From Christensenellales bacterium (lineage in GTDB: Bacteria; Bacillota; Clostridia; Christensenellales; CALWSW01): a stretch of DNA of 60,178 nt. A program made the position numbers and the translations under genes. The notes beneath the pieces were generated by a model. The model saw nothing but the letters and a program-made list of their open reading frames with translations, did no database searches and had not been told where the DNA came from. Within the stretch, counting starts at the first letter, position 1. The number at the start of each line of letters is the position of its first letter. The stretch spans positions 1 to 60,178 of the forward strand of contig JBMNTV010000004.1 of assembly GCA_050945915.1 (NCBI GenBank), in the 5' to 3' direction. Shown here in pieces: positions 8,853 to 17,293 of the stretch.

Positions 8853-9791
8853 TCAGTTTCCTGCCGGCTTGTCGAGGATCCGGATGGTTCTGTTTGTCGA
8901 ATAGATGGTCTGGTCTTCCAGCCACTTCTCCTCGTCCGGCGGGTTGGTGAAGCTGATGCCCAGCTGGCGGAAAATGTCCACCACCTGGTCCTTTTTGATC
9001 AGGGCCTTGCCGGATATGGCGGAAACATAAGCCTTTTTGCTGAAACTGTACTCCAGGCTGACGACGACCCCATTGTCCTTGACCGCGATGCCGTACAGTT
9101 CGCCTTCGTGGACCACCAGGCGAAGGATCTCTTTCCCCTTTTCATCGGAAATCAGATAGACCGTGTCCTCCTCGTCCATCCTGGCCATACCCAGCGCCAC
9201 CTCGACGGGCATCATCCCGCCCTGCTTCTGAATGGTGTAATCGCCGATAATGATGCTCTGGCCGAAATCGAACTGGGTTTCTTTCTTGCGGCTGACGTTC
9301 AGGCTGACTTCCGGCTGCTCTGCGGTCTTCTTCGGGGCAAAGTACAGAAAAACCGGTGTGTCCTTGTTCACGCCGAGGTATGAGACCCGGACGACGGCGG
9401 AAAGGGAATGCTCGTCGGCCTCGTAATCCACGAGTTTGGAGGCGTAATAGACGTCATCCACCGGGATCAGAAGGATGGGCTCGCATTTGGAGAAATCATA
9501 CCCCTCCGAAGTGACGCGCACCACCGCCTGTTCACCGTCGGCGGCAAGCTCGGAACACATCAGCGAAACCGCAAAGCGTTCCTGCTCCCCCACCTTTGCG
9601 CGGGACAGCTTTGCCCTTGCGAAGGAACCGTCCTTCATCATCGCGAGCCTGGTTCTGCCGAATCTCACGGGATAGATCCGCGGGACGGGTTCGCTGTCTT
9701 TTTTTTGTGCCGCCATGGCCGGCGGAGAAACCGCAAGTGCCAGCACCGCCAACAGCGCGCACAGAACCCTGAAAACATGCTTCTTTTTCAT
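8853..9791 (-). CDS. hypothetical secreted protein
   Basis: MKKKH plus hydrophobic core and AMA cleavage site; SD GGAG; no recognised domain. Confidence 0.75.
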   Translation of the reverse strand: MKKKHVFRVLCALLAVLALAVSPPAMAAQKKDSEPVPRIYPVRFGRTRLAMMKDGSFARAKLSRAKVGEQERFAVSLMCSELAADGEQAVVRVTSEGYDFSKCEPILLIPVDDVYYASKLVDYEADEHSLSAVVRVSYLGVNKDTPVFLYFAPKKTAEQPEVSLNVSRKKETQFDFGQSIIIGDYTIQKQGGMMPVEVALGMARMDEEDTVYLISDEKGKEILRLVVHEGELYGIAVKDNGVVVSLEYSFSKKAYVSAISGKALIKKDQVVDIFRQLGISFTNPPDEEKWLEDQTIYSTNRTIRILDKPAGN

Positions 9792-9902
9792 TTGCTTACT
9801 CCATGGTCGTAAAGGGGCGAAAAAACCGCCCAAGCGCTCTGATTTAGTATATCACAGGCTCTGGGGAACTGTGTGAATAATCGGTAAATCTCAACGATAT
9901 AC

Positions 9903-9931
9903 TGGACCTTTCCATGTCTTGGTGATAATAT
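9903..9931 (+). promoter_or_regulatory. putative sigma-A promoter for the IscU-like/GGGtGRT operon
   Basis: TGGACC-17-TAATAT with TG extension. Confidence 0.45.
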
Positions 9932-10223
9932 TGGCTAGGTAAATGTTTGTACGGTCACCCTTCCGAAACGGCATGTCCGGGCCCGGGTTTTTTCCCGTTG
10001 TCTTCCTCCTGTCGCAGATATAGGAGCGGCCAATCGCCCTGGGGCGTTTGGCATGCCGTCTCGCTTTGGGAAGGGTCCGCAAATTCACCAAACCCTGGGC
10101 CACTTTCGCGCTTCCCGGGGCTTTTCGATTGCCCGGTCCGCCTGCAAAAAATGGCGGGTCGCGGGTATGTGTTTCGTCTGTTTATCATCAACATGCCATC
10201 AAAATGCCGCAAGGAGGATACAC

Positions 10224-10916
10224 ATGATCTATTCCAAAGAAGTGGAAGAAATGGTCTGCGTCAAGCGGGGCGCCAACCACGAGAACGCTCTCATTCCCCA
10301 AGAAGGACGCTGGGTTCACGCCAAAGAAATCAAGGACATCTCGGGCCTGACCCATGGCATCGGCTGGTGCGCTCCCCAGCAGGGCGCGTGCAAGCTCACC
10401 CTGAATGTCAAGGAAGGCGTGATCCAGGAAGCGCTGATCGAGACCATCGGCTGCTCCGGCATGACCCATTCTGCGGCCATGGCTTCCGAAATCCTGCCCG
10501 GTAAGACCGTCCTGGAAGCGCTGAACACAGACCTCGTCTGTGACGCGATCAACACCGCCATGCGCGAGCTGTTCCTCCAGATCGTTTACGGCCGCAGCCA
10601 GTCCGCCTTCTCTGACGACGGCCTGCCCGTCGGCGCAGGGCTGGAAGACCTGGGCAAGGGCCTTCGCAGCCAGGTGGGCACCATGTACGGCACCCTGGCA
10701 AAGGGCCCCCGCTACCTTGAAATGGCGGAAGGCTATGTGCTCAAGATGGGCCTGAATGCCGACGGTGAAGTCATTGGCTACCAGTTCGTTTCCCTCGGAA
10801 GGATGATGGAAGCCATCAAAAACGGCATGGATGCCAACGAAGCTCTGGCAAAATTCACCGGAACCTATGGCCGCTTCAACGAGGCCGTCACCTATATCGA
10901 TCCGCGCCACCAGTAA
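10224..10916 (+). CDS. IscU/NifU-N-like Fe-S scaffold-fold protein (GGGtGRT-associated)
   Basis: SD AAGGAGG and ATG 10224; GWCAPQQGAC...ETIGCSG..SA....LPGKTV.EA....VC parallels the IscU Cys layout, plus a long C-terminal extension. Confidence 0.8.
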   Translation: MIYSKEVEEMVCVKRGANHENALIPQEGRWVHAKEIKDISGLTHGIGWCAPQQGACKLTLNVKEGVIQEALIETIGCSGMTHSAAMASEILPGKTVLEALNTDLVCDAINTAMRELFLQIVYGRSQSAFSDDGLPVGAGLEDLGKGLRSQVGTMYGTLAKGPRYLEMAEGYVLKMGLNADGEVIGYQFVSLGRMMEAIKNGMDANEALAKFTGTYGRFNEAVTYIDPRHQ

Positions 10917-10931
10917 GAGGAGGGTACACGA

Positions 10932-11930
10932 ATGGCAAAATTTGAAAGCTATGAAAGAAGGATCCCCCAGATCGAGAAGGTCCTTGCAAAATACGCAATC
11001 GCCGATCTTGACGCCGCCAACCAGCTTTGCCTGGACAAGGGCGTAGACGTTGCCGCCATCGTGCGCGGCATCCAGCCCATCTGCTTCGAAAACGCCGTTT
11101 GGGCCTATGTCCTGGGCGCCGCCATCGCGATTAAGAAGGGCGTCACCGTTGCGGCGGAAGCCGCCGAATGTCTGGGCGAAGGGCTGCAGGCCTTCTGTAT
11201 CCCCGGCTCTGTCGCGGACCAGCGCCAGGTGGGCATCGGCCACGGCAATCTGGCCGCCATGCTCCTTCGCGAAGAGACCCACTGCTTCGCCTTCCTTGCG
11301 GGCCACGAATCCTTTGCCGCGGCCGAAGGCGCCATCGGCATCGCCCTCAAGGCCAACAAAGTGCGCAAAGAGCCCCTGCGCGTCATCCTCAACGGCCTGG
11401 GCAAGGACGCTGCGAAGATCATCAGCCGCATCAACGGCTTCACCTTTGTGGAAACCGCTTACGACCATTCCACCGGCGAGCTGAAGATCCTGTTTGAAAA
11501 AGCCTATTCCGACGGCGACCGCGCAAAGGTCCGCTGCTACGGTGCCGACGACGTTTCCGAAGGCGTCGCCATCATGCAGCACGAAGAAGTGGACGTTTCC
11601 ATCACCGGCAACTCCACCAACCCCACCCGCTTCCAGCATCCCGTCGCCGGCACGTACAAGAAATGGTGCGTCGAGCATGGCAAGAAGTACTTCTCCGTCG
11701 CTTCCGGCGGCGGCACCGGCCGCACCCTGCACCCGGACAACATGGCCGCCGGCCCCGCTTCCTATGGCCTGACGGACACCATGGGGCGCATGCACTCCGA
11801 CGCCCAGTTCGCCGGATCATCCTCCGTTCCCGCCCACGTGGAGATGATGGGCCTGATCGGTATGGGCAACAACCCGATGGTCGGCGCTTCCGTCGCCGTG
11901 GCCGTCGCCATCGAGCAGGCATCCAAATAA
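10932..11930 (+). CDS. GGGtGRT family protein (function unknown)
   Basis: Signature SVASGGGTGRTLHPD, 332 aa, MAKFESYERRI N-terminus. Confidence 0.9.
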   Translation: MAKFESYERRIPQIEKVLAKYAIADLDAANQLCLDKGVDVAAIVRGIQPICFENAVWAYVLGAAIAIKKGVTVAAEAAECLGEGLQAFCIPGSVADQRQVGIGHGNLAAMLLREETHCFAFLAGHESFAAAEGAIGIALKANKVRKEPLRVILNGLGKDAAKIISRINGFTFVETAYDHSTGELKILFEKAYSDGDRAKVRCYGADDVSEGVAIMQHEEVDVSITGNSTNPTRFQHPVAGTYKKWCVEHGKKYFSVASGGGTGRTLHPDNMAAGPASYGLTDTMGRMHSDAQFAGSSSVPAHVEMMGLIGMGNNPMVGASVAVAVAIEQASK

Positions 11931-11957
11931 GGGATCGGTTTTCACCGCATCCACTGC

Positions 11958-11990
11958 ATCAGGGGAGCAAACGCTCCCCTGATTTTTCTT
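11958..11990 (+). terminator. intrinsic terminator after GGGtGRT
   Basis: ATCAGGGGAGC/GCTCCCCTGAT stem plus T-rich tail. Confidence 0.8.
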
Positions 11991-12103
11991 ATTTTCTGCA
12001 CATTTGATTCACCCATTTGATCATTTTTTTGCCTTGCGTGCACGATGCTTCGCCTCCTTGCACATAATGCTCAAAAATCCGATCTATTTGCAGTTTAAAT
12101 TCA

Positions 12104-12132
12104 TTGCACAACCGACACAAATCTGATATATT
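12104..12132 (+). promoter_or_regulatory. sigma-A promoter upstream of the candidate RNA
   Basis: TTGCAC-17-TATATT with TG extension. Confidence 0.55.
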
Positions 12133-12138
12133 TGAAAT

Positions 12139-12295
12139 GTTCAGAGTTATTTCCATTTTTTGTCTGTAGACGGAGGGCATCCTCCGTTTTGGAAGGATCC
12201 GACCAGTCCTTCCTTTGCAGAAAACTCTCTTTTCCCTCCCCCTTCTCACGCGAAGCCTTCCTGCCAACCACAGGAAGGCTTCGTCCTTTATTTTT
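12139..12295 (+). ncRNA. candidate sRNA or attenuator/riboswitch-like element
   Basis: Promoter, three-way junction, CU-rich tract and a 13-bp perfect terminator stem (12251-12283) with T-rich tail; no convincing ORF. Confidence 0.45.
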
Positions 12296-12331
12296 AAGAA
12301 GAAACCCTGCTTGTACCCATGCATTTTTGTA

Positions 12332-12371
12332 TTGTTTTCCTGGCCCGGATATGTTAAAATATTATCATATC
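12332..12371 (+). promoter_or_regulatory. hfs promoter overlapped by a Rex-like palindrome
   Basis: TTGTTT-17-TAAAAT with TG; GATATGTTAA-AATA-TTATCATATC dyad at 12348-12371. Confidence 0.55.
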
Positions 12372-12591
12372 AGGGTTCGCCGATAATCACCTGCAACGGG
12401 AAGCCCTGCGGCCGCCTGTCCCGCGCACAGACACCTGTTTGAAAGGGCTTGGAGAACGGCAACAGCCGGAGCCAAAACCGCCCGCTTTCCCGCGGCGTTG
12501 AAGGACATCATGCGCACAGACAGGCGAATGCAAGTTCTCTTGCTTGACCTTATCGGTGAAAACCATTAAATTATCTGAGGAGATGCTCATC

Positions 12592-12837
12592 ATGAAGATC
12601 ACCATTTGTATCGGAAGCTCCTGCCACTTGAAAGGTTCCCGTCAAATCGTCGAATCGCTGCAGGAACTGGTCGAGCAAAACGGACTCAATGACAGGATCC
12701 AGCTTTCCGGAACCTTCTGCATGGGCCGTTGCATGGAGGGCGTCTGCGTCCAACTGGACGAGGAGTTCTTTTCCCTGAAGCCGGAGGAGACCCAATCCTT
12801 CTTCACGAAGGATGTTCTGCCCCGGCTGCGCTTTTGA
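12592..12837 (+). CDS. hfsA: thioredoxin-like (2Fe-2S) ferredoxin, HfsA-type
   Basis: CIGSSC...FCMGRC..G NuoE-like Cys motif; SD GAGGAG; first gene of an hfs-type cluster. Confidence 0.85.
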   Translation: MKITICIGSSCHLKGSRQIVESLQELVEQNGLNDRIQLSGTFCMGRCMEGVCVQLDEEFFSLKPEETQSFFTKDVLPRLRF

Positions 12838-12856
12838 TTGAAAGGCGGCGACACGG

Positions 12857-14521
12857 TTGACCGAATATTTGAGGCTGAAAAAGTCAAACTGCAAAAACTG
12901 CTATAAATGCATTCGCCACTGCCCCGTAAAAGCCATACGCTTTTCGGGGAACCAGGCGCATATCGTTACGGACGAATGCGTCCTGTGCGGCGAATGCTTT
13001 GTCGTTTGTCCGCAGAACGCCAAAGAGATCATCGACGACACCGAAAAGGCGAAATACCTGTTGACCTGCGACGCGCCGGTCATAGCCAGCATCGCCCCCT
13101 CCTTCGTGGCCAATTACGAGGGCGCCACCATCGCCTCCATGGACGCGGCGCTGAAAAAGCTGGGCTTTGCCTTTGCGGAGGAAACCGCCATCGGCGCAGA
13201 AATCGTCAAAACCAGGTATCAGGAACTGGTGAACGGCAGGACCCAGGACGTTCTGATCACCTCCTGTTGCCATTCCGTCAACCTGATGATCCGCAAGCAC
13301 TACCCCGAAGCGCTGCCCTTCCTCATCCCCGTCATCTCCCCCATGCAGGCCCACTGCGCGGACATCAAGCGCCGCTACCCGGGCGCCAAGACGGTGTTCA
13401 TCGGGCCGTGCATCTCAAAAAAGGCCGAAGCGGAGGAATACCCGGGAGAGGTGGACTGCGTCCTCACCTTTGAGGAGCTGTCCCGCTGGCTGGAATCCGA
13501 ACGGATTTCTATCGAGCCGGCAGCTGACCCGGGGGCTCCCATGCGCTCCCGCAACTTCCCCACCAGCGGCGGTATCCTGCGCTCTATGGACCAGGTGGAG
13601 GATTTCGTCTATCTCGCCATCGACGGTCAGGAGAACTGCATCCACGCGATTCAAGACGTGATCTCCGGCAGGCTCAGGAACTGCTTCATCGAGATGTCCG
13701 CCTGCACGGGAAGCTGCATCGGCGGCCCCACCATGGACCGGGACAATAGGCGTCTCGTCCGGGACTATGCAGCTGTGTCGCGTTATGCGGGGCCTGGCGA
13801 CGCTTCTTTTGACATGCCCTCCTCCGCCATGCTGATGAAGGAGCATTTCTACCTTGGCAACAACAAAACCCTGCCTGGCGAGGCCGTGATCGACGAGATC
13901 CTGCGTAAGATGAACAAGTCCAAGCCGGAGGACGAACTGAACTGCGGCAGCTGCGGGTATGACACCTGCCGCGAAAAGGCCATCGCCGTGTTCCAGGGCA
14001 AAGCGGATCTGACGATGTGCTTGCCCTTTCTGAAGGAAAAGGCGGAATCCTTCTCGGACAATATCATCCGCAACACGCCCAACGGCATCCTCGTGCTGAA
14101 CGAACTGTTCGAAGTGCAGCAGATCAACAATGCGGCCATGAAGCTGCTGAACGTGCGCCGGGCCTCGGATGTGCTGGGCGAGCAGGTCGTGCGCATCATG
14201 GACCCCACGGATTTCATCGCCGTCAAACAGACCGGCGTGGCGATACACGAAAAGAAGGTCTTTCTTGCGGAATACGACAAACACGCCGAAATCAGCATCA
14301 TCTATGACAAGGTTTTCCGCATCCTGATGTGCATCATGCGGGACATCACCGAGGAGGAAACCGAGCGCGAACGCAAGGAAGCCGTGAACCGCCAGACCGT
14401 CGAAACCGCGAACAAGGTCATTGACAAGCAGATGCGCGTGGTTCAGGAGATCGCCTCGCTGCTGGGGGAAACCGCCGCTGAGACCAAGATCGCCCTGACG
14501 AAGCTGAAGGAGTCGCTGTGA
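12857..14521 (+). CDS. hfsB: PAS-domain sensory [FeFe]-hydrogenase, HfsB/HydS-type
   Basis: 2x[4Fe-4S] N-terminus; H-domain motifs TSCCHS, GPCISKKAE, EMSACTGSCIGG; FeS domain CGSCGYDTC; PAS (TPNGILVL) and coiled coil. Confidence 0.88.
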   Translation: MTEYLRLKKSNCKNCYKCIRHCPVKAIRFSGNQAHIVTDECVLCGECFVVCPQNAKEIIDDTEKAKYLLTCDAPVIASIAPSFVANYEGATIASMDAALKKLGFAFAEETAIGAEIVKTRYQELVNGRTQDVLITSCCHSVNLMIRKHYPEALPFLIPVISPMQAHCADIKRRYPGAKTVFIGPCISKKAEAEEYPGEVDCVLTFEELSRWLESERISIEPAADPGAPMRSRNFPTSGGILRSMDQVEDFVYLAIDGQENCIHAIQDVISGRLRNCFIEMSACTGSCIGGPTMDRDNRRLVRDYAAVSRYAGPGDASFDMPSSAMLMKEHFYLGNNKTLPGEAVIDEILRKMNKSKPEDELNCGSCGYDTCREKAIAVFQGKADLTMCLPFLKEKAESFSDNIIRNTPNGILVLNELFEVQQINNAAMKLLNVRRASDVLGEQVVRIMDPTDFIAVKQTGVAIHEKKVFLAEYDKHAEISIIYDKVFRILMCIMRDITEEETERERKEAVNRQTVETANKVIDKQMRVVQEIASLLGETAAETKIALTKLKESL

Positions 14522-14522
14522 T

Positions 14523-15695
14523 ATGAGCAGGCTTTGTACGGACATCGGCTGGCGCAGCCTGAACAAATACGGCGAAGAGCTCTGCGGCGATCACGTGGAT
14601 ATCGTCGAGGAAAACGAGAACACGATGGTGGTCGTCCTGGCAGACGGTCTGGGCAGCGGGGTCAAGGCGAGCATCCTCTCCACCCTGACTTCCAGCATCA
14701 TCTCCACGATGATCGCCTCGTCCATGTCCATTGAAAACTGCGTTTCCACCATTGCCGAAACCCTGCCCGTCTGCTCGGTGCGGGGGGTGGCTTACTCCAC
14801 TTTCACGATTATCCGGGTGGTGAACGGCGAGGAAGCGGAGCTGATCCAATACGACAACCCCCAGGTGATCCTGCTGCGGAACGGCAAGAGCGTCGATTAC
14901 CCCATGGAGACGCTGCGCATCGAAGGAAAGACGATCTACCGTTCCAAACTTCCGATTTACGAAGGGGATACCTTCGTCGCCATCAGCGATGGCGTCATCC
15001 ACGCAGGGGTGGGGAACACGATGAACTTCGGCTGGCAGCGGAAGGACGTCATCAAATATCTGGAAGTTTTTTCGGAAGTGGGCTTTACCGCAAAAACCCT
15101 GACCACCATCCTGCTAGAGGAATGCAACCGGCTGTATGACGGCAAGCCAGGAGACGACGCCACGGTCTGCACCGTCCGCATCCGCAGCCGGGAGCCGGTC
15201 AACCTTTTGATCGGCCCGCCCTCCAAAAGGGACGACTGCGAGCGGATGATGTCCCTGTTCTTTGCCAAGGAAGGCAAGCACATCGTCTGCGGGGGGTCTA
15301 CCTCCACCATCGCCGCAGAGTTTTTGAAAAGGCCGCTTATTCCCAGTTTGGATTACCCGGATCCCGACATCCCCCCCATCGCCACCATCAGCGGCGTGGA
15401 TCTGGTCACCGAAGGGGTGATCACCATCAACCGGGTGCTTTCCTATGCCCAGAATTATCTGGACAGCAACAATTCCTATACCGAATGGAGCAGCAAGCGG
15501 GATGGCGCCTCCCTCATTGCGCGGATGCTCTTTGAAGACGCGACGGACATCAACTTCTTTGTTGGATGCGCCGTCAACCCCGCCCACCAGAACCCCGACC
15601 TGCCCATCAATTTCAGCATCAAGATGCGGCTGATCGACCAGCTTGCAGACTGCCTGAAAAAGATGGGCAAGCGCATCAAAGTGAGTTATTTTTAG
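14523..15695 (+). CDS. hfsC: SpoIIE/PP2C-family Ser/Thr phosphatase, HfsC-type
   Basis: CGD, LADGLGSG, SDGV and DDAT PP2C metal motifs. Confidence 0.88.
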   Translation: MSRLCTDIGWRSLNKYGEELCGDHVDIVEENENTMVVVLADGLGSGVKASILSTLTSSIISTMIASSMSIENCVSTIAETLPVCSVRGVAYSTFTIIRVVNGEEAELIQYDNPQVILLRNGKSVDYPMETLRIEGKTIYRSKLPIYEGDTFVAISDGVIHAGVGNTMNFGWQRKDVIKYLEVFSEVGFTAKTLTTILLEECNRLYDGKPGDDATVCTVRIRSREPVNLLIGPPSKRDDCERMMSLFFAKEGKHIVCGGSTSTIAAEFLKRPLIPSLDYPDPDIPPIATISGVDLVTEGVITINRVLSYAQNYLDSNNSYTEWSSKRDGASLIARMLFEDATDINFFVGCAVNPAHQNPDLPINFSIKMRLIDQLADCLKKMGKRIKVSYF

Positions 15696-15704
15696 GAGTA
15701 AGTC

Positions 15705-17135
15705 ATGCGTAAATTTGACACCCAGGTCCAGCACCTGAAGTATAATGTCCTGCGCGAGGTTGCACACCACGCCTTCGCCGGCACGCTGCTGGAACACATT
15801 TCGGACATTCCGAAGGAGATCATCCCCGGCAACATCCCCACCATGCGCTGTTGCGTTTATAAAGAGCGGGCCATTCTCGCCGAACGGATCAAGCTGGTGA
15901 TGGGCGGGGACAAAAAGAATCCCAACGTCATCGAAACCATCGACATCGCCTGCGACGAATGCCCCGTCAGCGGCTTCGAAGTGACGGACAACTGCCGCGG
16001 CTGCATTGCCCACCGCTGCGAGGCCGCCTGCCCCAGGGGCGCCATCTACTTCGACCATCAGAAGGCGCATATCGACAAGACGAAGTGCGTCGAGTGCGGC
16101 AGGTGCGCCGCCGTCTGCCCGTACAGCGCCATCTCCAACCACATGCGCCCCTGCGAGAACGCCTGCAAGGTCAAGGCGATCACCCGGAACGAGGAAACCC
16201 ACGCCGCACAGATCGACAACAGCAAATGCATCGCCTGCGGCGCCTGCGTTTACCAGTGCCCCTTCGGCGCCATCATGGATAAGTCCTTTATCCTGGATGT
16301 GATCGATATCCTCAAAAAAAGTGACGGCAACACGAAATATAAGGTGTATGCCGTCGTCGCACCCTCGATCTCCAGCCAGTTTACCTATGCAAAGCTGGGA
16401 CAGGTCATCGCGGGGATTGAAGAACTGGGCTTTTACCACGTCGTGGAGGCGGCCCTGGGGGCGGACATGGTCGCCTGCGAGGAGTCGAAAGAGCTTGTGG
16501 AAAAGGGTTTTTTGACCAGCTCCTGTTGCCCGGCCTTCGTCAGCTACATCGAAAAACAGTTCCCGGCCATGCGCCAGCACGTTTCCCACAATCCTTCCCC
16601 CATGGTCGCCATCGGGAAATACATCAAGAAGACCACCCCCGGCGCAAAGGTTATTTTCATCGGGCCCTGCACCGCAAAAAAGGCGGAATTTGCCCGCCCC
16701 GAGGTGGCAGAATATATCGACAGCGTCCTCACCTTCGAGGAGCTGCAGGCGCTGTTTGACGGCAAGGGCGTGGATCTCCCCTCCCTTCACGAAAGCGTGC
16801 TGGACAACGCCTCTTATTACGGAAGGATCTTCGCCAGAAGCGGCGGCCTGTCCGTATCCGTCGCCGAAGCCCTGCTGGAGCAGGGAATCGAGGATGTCGC
16901 CTTCAATCCCGTGGTCTGCGACGGCATCGAAGAATGCAGGGTCGCCCTACTGAAGGCGCAAAAGGGTGTCCTCAGCGGCAATTTTATCGAGGGCATGGCC
17001 TGCCGCGGCGGCTGCATCGGCGGCGCAGGCTGCCTGACCCACGGCGAAAAATCCCGTTCGGATGTGGATAAATACGGGAAACAGGCCCTGGAAAAAAAGA
17101 TTCTGGACGCGATTCGCGTTCTCAACATCGGCTAA
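15705..17135 (+). CDS. hfsD: monomeric [FeFe]-hydrogenase, HfsD-type
   Basis: Multiple ferredoxin motifs; SSCCPAF, GPCTAKKAE and EGMACRGGCIGGAG H-cluster motifs. Confidence 0.9.
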   Translation: MRKFDTQVQHLKYNVLREVAHHAFAGTLLEHISDIPKEIIPGNIPTMRCCVYKERAILAERIKLVMGGDKKNPNVIETIDIACDECPVSGFEVTDNCRGCIAHRCEAACPRGAIYFDHQKAHIDKTKCVECGRCAAVCPYSAISNHMRPCENACKVKAITRNEETHAAQIDNSKCIACGACVYQCPFGAIMDKSFILDVIDILKKSDGNTKYKVYAVVAPSISSQFTYAKLGQVIAGIEELGFYHVVEAALGADMVACEESKELVEKGFLTSSCCPAFVSYIEKQFPAMRQHVSHNPSPMVAIGKYIKKTTPGAKVIFIGPCTAKKAEFARPEVAEYIDSVLTFEELQALFDGKGVDLPSLHESVLDNASYYGRIFARSGGLSVSVAEALLEQGIEDVAFNPVVCDGIEECRVALLKAQKGVLSGNFIEGMACRGGCIGGAGCLTHGEKSRSDVDKYGKQALEKKILDAIRVLNIG

Positions 17136-17168
17136 AACAGCCGCCCGAAATGCTCGGGCGGCTGTTTT
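17134..17168. terminator. bidirectional terminator after hfsD
   Basis: 15-bp stem AAAACAGCCGCCCGA/TCGGGCGGCTGTTTT. Confidence 0.8.
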
Positions 17169-17293
17169 GACGCATGATTTGCGATATGATTTTTCCAGGT
17201 GACCCTTCAGGGCGTTTGGACGGGAGCAAGACCCGCGCGTTCCGGCGGCAATCCGCGCCGCAAAGGGGCGTTGCCGCTGCGGGAACCTTTTCG

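Noticed and set aside
9938-10089. 6S RNA
   Set aside because: Short for 6S and lacks a large central bubble; kept only as an unassigned leader.
10188-11795. 535-aa antisense ORF, and similar long shadow ORFs (730-1779, 15114-16790, 34109-35311, 52067-52630, 57108-58250)
   Set aside because: They mirror well-supported genes, have no motifs, and are expected from GC-rich codon bias.
11989-12324. 111-aa minus-strand ORF (or its 55-aa tail) in the GGGtGRT-hfs spacer
   Set aside because: No SD at the candidate starts; plus-strand promoter, RNA structure and terminator explain the region better.
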